From assembly GCA_051942205.1 (NCBI GenBank), contig JAVECO010000031.1, positions 124,001 through 150,749 of the forward strand: 26,749 nucleotides of DNA, in the 5' to 3' direction. The stretch is from Coniocarpon cinnabarinum (taxonomy: Eukaryota). Made by a program: the position numbers and the translations under genes. How positions within the stretch are numbered: position 1 is the stretch's first letter; every line of letters begins with the position of its first letter. The notes below the pieces were generated by a model. It was not told the DNA's origin. It was given only the letters and a program-made list of their open reading frames with translations, and did not search any database. This document shows, piece by piece, positions 19,137 to 26,749 of the stretch.

Positions 19137-20320
19137 TTGATCGAACTTCAAGCTCGAGCGCACCGGCATGTATAAGACACTTAGGGGGCTTGGCGAATTG
19201 ATTTCCCAAAGCATGTGCTCTTGTGACAGTTTTCGCAAGGTAGGCGTTATGCCGACTTGGAAGAACCTGAAGGTCAAATCCAGGAGTTTAAACACATTCT
19301 TGTCTTGGTGCGTAAAGCTATACAGCTGCCATAAACACGTTTTCGAGCAGACGTATGAGCCTCATGTCATTATCAGTGAGGCTATTGAGGTGCGAGTGCT
19401 CGCGCCTGAAGAAGAACTAACAAGTACCATACGTGCCATGAAGATCGTGATTTCGTAGCACACAAGATATGCCATCACGATGCTCAACCCACAGAAGAAA
19501 TTCAATAGTGAAGTTTGATGTCTCATCCAGCACCTCTGACATAACTTACATGAGGTAACCGCACAGTGACTACTCACAGGGGTCGTAGCTGTCGCTTATC
19601 AGATGTCAGTTTGATATCATTGCCATTGATGCTGTTCCCATGTTGACAGTCGATCAGAAGCTCTGGAAAGTCTATGCGCTCCAGATTTTAACTTGATTAA
19701 GACACTAAACTTTCAAATGGGGCAGGCAAGGTGCTTGGTACCAACATTCTGAATTGATGAGATCCGCACGGGACGATACCGTCTGCATCGGCGAGCGACT
19801 ACAACCGTGGGCCCGAAGACTGTCAAAGCATCGCTACGTCTTAGTAAGAGCTAAACGTCATTACATTGTCGCACTGAAGCACTGGAGCTGATCACGCAAT
19901 GACACAGAGCCAGTCATGTGTCCTGGGGCTAGATGCGCCATGGCTGGGGCTGCAGCTTTCTGGGACTGGTCCTAGTGTCTGATGGGACGGCTGAATGATG
20001 ACTTAGTGTAGACAACAACATAATCTTTTGCCACCGTATCCCAATACTAAAACCGGTCGTCAAAGCCTCAATGACGAGAGAAATCGATTGCGCTCTGGTT
20101 TTTGAAGATACGGTGGCCAGAAGACTGGCCGCTCAAACCTAAAAGCAGCCGCCCAGATCCGAGAACGGCTACCCCGACCTGAAACGATCGGCTCCTTCAG
20201 GATCCTGTTAGCCTCGATTGGAGACTGTCATTGAAGAGTTCTGGTAGCGCGATCCATCTATGTCAAGACAAGTGGCATCATTTCAATGTCTGTGTACAGC
20301 TGGGCTCGATTGCGTGTCAA

Positions 20321-20327
20321 TATAAAA
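20321..20327 (+). promoter_or_regulatory. TATA box upstream of the GNAT gene
   Basis: TATAAAA about 120 bp upstream of ATG 20440, followed by a T-rich tract typical of fungal core promoters. Confidence 0.5.
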
Positions 20328-20439
20328 TGCAGTGCCAATTGTTTTTTGTTTCTGTTTCGTTTTTTTTCGCGCGGCAATACAGCAAAGGAATATTCATACC
20401 GACGAAGAGTCTGCGGTATCTTTGTAATCAAATCAAGTA

Positions 20440-21169
20440 ATGGCCCTTCGGTCTCACTCTGGACAAGCTCTCCGCCCACATGGACAGACTGATCAGGGAC
20501 AGATCCCACTCCACGGACACCCTGAATATGTGATGTGCAAGCCCACTCGTGCGGATGAGGCTGGCATCCGGGAACGGTTGATGGACAAGCCACATGATCA
20601 TCCCGTTTTCCCTGCAGACAAGGAGAAGGAGCGCGCTGAGTCTGCAGACAAATACCTGAATGCCGTCTTCACTGACTTACGCTACTATGCATGGAAGCTC
20701 GTGAAGAAAGACAAACCCGGGGAAGTCTTGGGAATTCAGATCTTTTCGTGGCATGAGAAAGACATTGACGAAAATGACCCAAACGTCGACGAACAGGGCC
20801 AGCACGCCAACGCAATGGTCAAGCACACGACTGGGAAATGTCAGCCGCATTGGAGTGAGTCGTCAGCCCACCCTTATTGACGCCCATGGTGGAAATGCTG
20901 ACTTACGTGCAGGACACGAATTTAGTAACCTACCACATGGTCTGCGCGGAAAGGGTTTAGGGAAGGCGATGCTCACACAAGCACTTGACATTCTGGAAAG
21001 TGAACACGACGCACCTGTCTTCGCGACGATCGCACATCCAGTCGGGTTTGGTGTCTTTAAGCGTCTTGAATTCATACCTGTTCCTGGTTATGACGAGGAT
21101 TGGGGTTGGAAGATCCGTGTGAAACCGCATCATTATGCCTCTGCAGAAGAGAAAGCTAAAGGCAAATGA
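20440..21169 (+). CDS. GNAT-family N-acetyltransferase, ~223 aa; exons 20440..20854, 20913..21169
   Basis: Intron 20855..20912 (GTGAGT...GCTGAC...TGCAG) joins two ORFs in frame. Acetyl-CoA motif A LRGKGLGKAML; motif B-like GFGVFKRLEF; strand GEVLGIQIFSW. Confidence 0.8.
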
Positions 21170-21725
21170 TGTATGCATGGCGAGTACCCAAGGACATCGT
21201 CGATCGTGAAAGAGTTCGAGGTTATATGAAAAGCTATGCATTGTTACTAAAGACATCCTAGAGAAATCGAGCCCATGTGTATCTGAGCTTGGATTCTGGC
21301 TCTTTAGGTAGGCCCATCAGGATGCTATCTCTAACGCAAGATTCCCATCAAATGTAAGCCTGTCTCTGGACCATCTCAGAAGTGATGTGGAAGTTAAAAG
21401 ACGTGTAGGCGCAGTTGACGAAAGCTCTCGTAACTCTAACGTCTCCGTCGTGGAAAGCACGAGCACGAAAGGCATCTTGCTTGCGCGACGTTCAGATCTC
21501 AACTAATGATTTGCTGTCAATGGCCAAGCACTGCAGTTGTCGTGATGATGAGCAGGTGCTGCGGCAAGATCCCACGGTACGTTCTCTTGTGCTCGTATCC
21601 GCGACGCGTCAAATCATTATTGTAGACTATGAAGAAGTCCCTGCTCACTATAAAGGCATGCAGATGCCTATCCTTCACCTCGCCCACGAGCAACTATTGT
21701 CAAGAGTTACGTAACGCTTGCACGA

Positions 21726-22409
21726 TCATTTGCCACCTGTGTCATGAGCTTCCTTGTCCTGAGCCTTTGCAACAGTCTCTTGATGGAGAGCTTGCAATTT
21801 CTTCTCGGTTTGCGTTGCCCATCCTTGTTGAGCGGGATAGTATAGTTTTTCAGTCTCGTCAATTTTTTGAACAACCATCTTCTTTGCTTCTTTGTCACTG
21901 CAATTCTCCGAGACTTGCTTCCCAGAATTCTCAAGGGCTTCTCTCACCCGGGCATTATTCTTGTACCCCTCTAATGCCTTATCAAGTTTGAGTCTACCGT
22001 GTCCGGAGAAACGAGAGTGGCAAGCTTACTCACGTGTTTCATACTACACACCGTCTCGCGGATATCGTGATCTTTGTGATTTTGGTGCTCTCTGAGTGTT
22101 TCGATGATCTGTCAACCGTGAGTCGCTAATAGTATCAAGTCTACCATTCACGTCACTGACCTTATTGCAGATTCCAATAGCCAAAGCTGGCGAAGTCTTC
22201 TTATTGTCTCCGAGTTCCTTCATCAGCTCCGCAAAGATCTGAATCATTCAATTAATGGCTGCGCAAACCCAGAAATCACACGACGTAGCTGCCATTACCT
22301 TGTCAGTGGATGTCATGACATCTATCAACTCAGTGTAAAATTTTGCATGCTCGGCAGGAACTTTGTAACCCTCTTCCTTCCCCCAAAGCCAACTGGGCCA
22401 CCAGCCCAT
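21726..22409 (-). CDS. 171-aa predicted all-helical protein with an N-myristoylation consensus (MGWWPS); exons 22409..22299, 22238..22161, 22108..22034, 21977..21726
   Basis: Three phase-0 introns of 60, 52 and 56 nt (GTAATG..CAG, GTCAGT..CAG, GTGAGT..AAG) give one uninterrupted protein: MGWWPSWLWGKEEGYKVPAEHAKFYTELIDVMTSTDK|IFAELMKELGDNKKTSPALAIGICNK|IIETLREHQNHKDHDIRETVCSMKH|ALEGYKNNARVREALE...HDTGGK. Confidence 0.8.
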
Positions 22410-23418
22410 GCTTTTATCGACTTGTGAGCCTTAGATGACGGTCTAGTACTTTGACAGGTAAACTCAGCGCACACGAAATTAATTGGGGGACGCAGAATGG
22501 GATTTGAAACCTCGCTGTGCAGTCATCCGCAACAGGAGTAGTGATTATACTATCTTTTGCGATCAGAACAGCGTGGCAGGACGTCCCGACTTGCAAGGTC
22601 AGGTCGTGTCACGAAGTTTCAGAATGCGAGAGGCGGGTCGGGTCCAGAGAAAGGCATTTAAGCGACCGTACACTACATGGTATTAATATCATTCATAACA
22701 AGAGCATGGCAAGCGATCCATGCTGAAATGGGATCAAGCACAAGTTGCTACCCAAAGCATTCGCAGTCATCTGATACAAAGTGCTTGAACACCACACGCC
22801 TACTGCTCGTCGCAAGAAGGATTAGACACATGCCAACAAAATTCAGGGGCCGATAATCCCGCATCTTCCGAAGCAGCAGAGACACTACATCTCGTCACGC
22901 CGGCAGCAGTCGTTGAAGGACTGCTGAAGGCTTTGGCGACGCGCTCCTCGCATGAGGCTTGCTCTGCTAATTGTCGGACAGGAGTGTCGCAGCATCAGGT
23001 TGGCGTCGATCGAAGACAACTTCATTGACAGGCTAGAGGTACGGGTAGGGTCTTTCATGAAGCCGCTTCGAGATATGCGACATTGCGGTACGCTCGATCC
23101 GACTGGCATTGCGATCAGCTGCTCCAAAATGTGTTATATGCTCGTGGTCGACAAAGAAGACGCAAAGAAGATGAAAGGGGGGCGAGTCAGGTGATTTCTT
23201 CGAATCAAATTCCGGGCGCTAATTTGGGGCCTCGGTATTGTTTCGGCCCGACACAGTCCCTTTAGGAATGTCCGAGGAGAAGCATGATCATTCGATGAGA
23301 TCGCAATGGCAATCGTCTTCACAGGATTATGCGCCAGGCACAGTGAAAATTAGTTCGAAGTCTACCGAAACCCATTTCAGGCCAGACGCAGTCTACTAGA
23401 ACCCATTTGGGCCCAACG

Positions 23419-26200
23419 ATGACTATCAAAGCCAAGCCATTCACTCCTGAAGTTCTCATAACGGCGCCTCGGAGAAGTGCAGAGGCGCCCACGGATGACG
23501 CTTCCAACGTCCTCTTTCAGGAGTCTTGGTATAGCTTTGATGAAGGCAAGACCTTTTCTGAATTACGACTAGCCAGGCTGCAAGGTGAAACACGAGTCCT
23601 AGACTCAACGGGACGCGCCAGCAACGCTGTTTGGTTAAATCCTAGCCTAAAGGGGGAGCGTCGTCGGGCGGTCTTGTTACTCAAAGAGAGGGAACAGCCG
23701 AAAGGTGCGGTGGATTTGCTGTGCTATGAAAATCCTTTCGACGAACGGGTGGTCGAGTAAGTTAAAAATTCTTGCAACATGCTTATGAGGTTTTTTTTTT
23801 TCGTATTTCTTGATATCTATGAAGCTTCTCGTCTGCAGGTCCCTCCTGCGTGTGAAAAACAAAATGCCTCACAACTGTGTCATTACATGCTCTGGCTTGA
23901 CTCGCTAACGTAGCGAAGGCCATACGTGGTGGCAACCTTTGCGGGACCTGTTGCCAATCTCAAAGTCACAAAGCTCGGTGATCAATACTATGGCATTGCA
24001 GTCACTGGCAAAGCCAACCCCAATGGCACATTGTACAATCCCAACACAGCAGCAAAGCCCAAGTCAACAGCAAAACTCTACAACAGCTTATTTGTTCGCC
24101 ACTGGGATCAGTACGTCACGCCTCAGCGTGACTCCATCTTCTTTGCAGCACTCCTGCCGCGGGACACTTCGAATCCCAACTCTTATCTCTTCATGACCAC
24201 TTTACAAAATGCACTCAAAGGCACAGGGCTCGAGTCCCCTATTCCAACCTTCGGAGGCGATGACCACTTTGACATCAGTCCCACTGGTATTACGTTTGTG
24301 GCTAAAGATCCCGATCTAAGCCCAGCGCTTCACACCAAATGTAACATCTACCTCGTCCCGCTTGCTAACTTCCTTGAGACCACGCCTACCATCTATACTG
24401 TTGACATGGGCGACTTTCTAGGCGCGATGACTTCACCACGCTTCAACAGCGATGGGTCCAAGGTGGTGTTCCTTGCTATGCGCAAGGACGGCTATGAAGC
24501 CGATCGTAATGAGATATTCGTCATGGAGGATACGACCCGCCCCGCGTGGATATCGCGTTATCGTGCATCTGAGAGAGCGAAGGAGGAGTGGGACCGCAGC
24601 CCTGACAGCATTTGTTTCGACACAGGTGGGCAGAAATTTTGGGTCACTGCTGAGGAAGCGGGATCGAAGAGCTTGTTCTATCTGCCGGTCAACACCGAGG
24701 ACACATCGAGACCACATTCACCTACACTGATGGGATCAGTGTCCAGCATTGTTCCTCTGCCGGATGGTAACGCGTTTGTGACAGGGAGCAACCTCGTCGA
24801 TGATAGCTTCTGGAAACGACTGAGCATCACGAAAGGGGAGATATTCGATCTGTCCTCACATTCGGAGCATGGACGCTTGCTGTCGCTCAGTATCTCGCAA
24901 TGCGCGTCTGTCACCATCTCTTCACGATCTTCTGTCGTTGGGAAGGTCCAGTACTGGGAATTTCGACCTTCACACTTTGACCCGGAGAAGCAATACCCCC
25001 TCGCTCTCCTCATTCACGGCGGTCCACAAGGAAGCTGGAGCAACTCCTGGTCCACGCGATGGAAGTAAGCTGCATCTCTGACCTCACACTAACAGCTTAG
25101 GAGAGCATCAAACGCTGACATGCATGTAGTCCTGCCGTCTTCGCCGAACAAGGCTACGTCGTCGTCTGCCCCAACATCACCGGTTCCACCGGTTTCGGCC
25201 AAGCCTTCACAGATTCAATCCAAGGATCCTGGGGCGGTCGCCCCTACCAAGACCTCGAGGCCGTTCTTGATCATCTCGGACACAGTATCCGATACATCGA
25301 TACCGATCGTGCAGTCGCACTCGGTGCAAGCTACGGCGGCTTCATGGCGAATTGGATCCAAGGGCAGCCCCTCGGTCGTCGCTTCAAAGCATTAGTAACA
25401 CATGACGGCGTCTTTAGCACGACTAATGAAATTGCGACAGACGAAGTCTATTTCACGAATCACGAGTTCTGTGGGCCTTTCGATCCGTCCTCGCCGTCGT
25501 CTCTGAGAAGCTGGCGCGAGTACTCGCCGGCGTTGCATATTGATAAGTGGGCGACGCCGCATCTCATCATTCACTCCGAGAAGGACTACCGTCTAACGAT
25601 CGCGGATGGAATGGCTGCATTCAATGCGCTCCAACAGAAAGGCGTCGAAAGCGAGTTCCTGACGTTCCCAGATGAGAATCACTTCGTGCAGGTATGGTCT
25701 CTGCCGGCCCATTGCGCTATCTCATTCCCACTGTTTCGTGTTTCCCTTTTCTCACAGGCCTCCACTTATTTTCGATCCTCCCCTTTCTTCCCGTGCTCGA
25801 CTTGCTACCAGTCCTCGGCGGGCTCGGCACTTATACCCATCGTGTCCCCTGCGCTTCTCAGTTGCTCGTAACCCCCCATCGCTGGCAGCGATCTCAACTC
25901 TCGAGTTCCCCCTTGTAGCCTGAGACCCGTCCCCCAACCCGCTCTTCTCACCCATCTCGCATTCCAGGTGAAGCCTAGAGCAAGAAGCAAAGCTGACATC
26001 AACAGGGTCGAGAAAATAGCCTCCGCTGGCACGAAGTCGTGCTGTCGTTTATAAACAAACACGTCGGACTTCCATCCTATGAAAGAACAGTCGGAGATCT
26101 GGACGAGATACGGATGGACCCGCCACTCAAGACGCGAGAGAATGAGGCAAGGGTTGTGACGGCGAGTAGGGAGACGACGATAACACGCCGGTTAATATAG
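23419..26200 (+). CDS. dpp5: Dipeptidyl-peptidase 5 (S9 prolyl oligopeptidase family), ~746 aa, no signal peptide; exons 23419..23756, 23919..25064, 25130..25691, 26006..26200
   Basis: Motifs FVRHWD, ESPIPTFGG, GYEADRN, IHGGPQG.W...WSTRW|NPAVFAEQGY, catalytic GASYGG, EKDYRL, FPDENHFVQ|GRENSLRWHEVV. Introns 23757..23918, 25065..25129 and 25692..26005 all have GT/CTRAC/AG signals and conserve frame. Confidence 0.95.
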
Positions 26201-26749
26201 GGTTCTAAATCATGTGAGGGTTCGTGATTATGACGTGGGTTGAAGATTTGGCATCGGACCGGGTGGACGGAAGGATTTGCCGGAACAACGATATTAAAGA
26301 GATGGATGTGAAGGTCTTGGGTCTGTCGGTGTTACGAGCGGGTGGACTGCGATGATGAGATGATGACGGTAGAGGCTGGTTTTGGACATCGAGATGATGA
26401 TGAAGGGCATGCTGATGCTATGAATCGATACCACGAGTAATGTCACGATATCACAACTTTTGAATATCTGCACTATCTCACCCTGAGTACTCACACCTCC
26501 GACAAAAACCCCGATGACACTGATGAAAAGTATGCTAATGCTGAACAGCGGAAAATGTTCGCAGCTTACGCAGAATCGAAGAAGCAAATTGCGTCACGCT
26601 GCTATGAACCTTCACGTCTCCCTCCCATCACTCCCATTATCTCTTCCACTACTTTCTCTCATCCCACTTCCACTACCCAAGTCCATCTCCCACATCGTCC
26701 CACGCTCTTCGGTCCATTGCACGAAAAGCATCAACGCCCATCCCCCACC

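Noticed and set aside
19168..19577. Short ORFs on both strands downstream of the DUF6540-like gene, including a protein-like minus-strand stretch MSEVLDETSNFTIEFLLWVEHRDG
   Set aside because: No frame-preserving intron with a branch site and no recognisable family; could be a decayed gene but is unsupported.
22903..22925. 8-bp inverted repeat CAGCAGTC-N7-GACTGCTG and nearby 80-aa ORFs
   Set aside because: A single short hairpin is expected by chance in 27 kb; no TIR/TSD structure or transposase.
26294..26749. Hydrophobic 97-aa minus ORF (26294..26587) and an open G-rich minus frame entering from the right edge (stop at 26612)
   Set aside because: Probably the 3' end and UTR of a gene outside the window, but there is too little sequence to choose a frame or product; the 97-aa ORF has a TTG start.

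Overview
Gene-dense genomic DNA from a filamentous ascomycete (Pezizomycotina-like: 50-70 nt GT..AG introns with CTRAC-type branch sites). No rRNA, tRNA, CRISPR or transposon is recognisable. I can reconstruct about 14 protein-coding genes. In order: the 3' part of a probable PhoD-like protein; a tightly head-to-head pair (C2H2-zinc-finger/ankyrin/TPR protein on -, and helical N-terminus + pseudokinase-like protein on +); pyridoxal kinase with an 11-nt micro-exon; dUTPase with two MCB boxes upstream; an alpha/beta-hydrolase-fold protein with all three catalytic-triad residues replaced; a conserved small fungal hypothetical protein; an HhH/endonuclease III-like protein; a possible small secreted protein; a metallo-beta-lactamase-fold lactonase; a DUF6540-like His/His/Cys protein; a GNAT acetyltransferase; a 4-exon MGxxxS helical protein not captured as one ORF in the track; and a dipeptidyl-peptidase 5 without a signal peptide. 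The best candidate for an undescribed system is the divergent pair at 2590-7856, which looks like a fungal sensor/executioner module without a NOD domain: NLR-type ANK and TPR arrays on one gene and an MLKL-like helical-bundle + pseudokinase architecture on the other. All family names come from motif recognition, not database searches.
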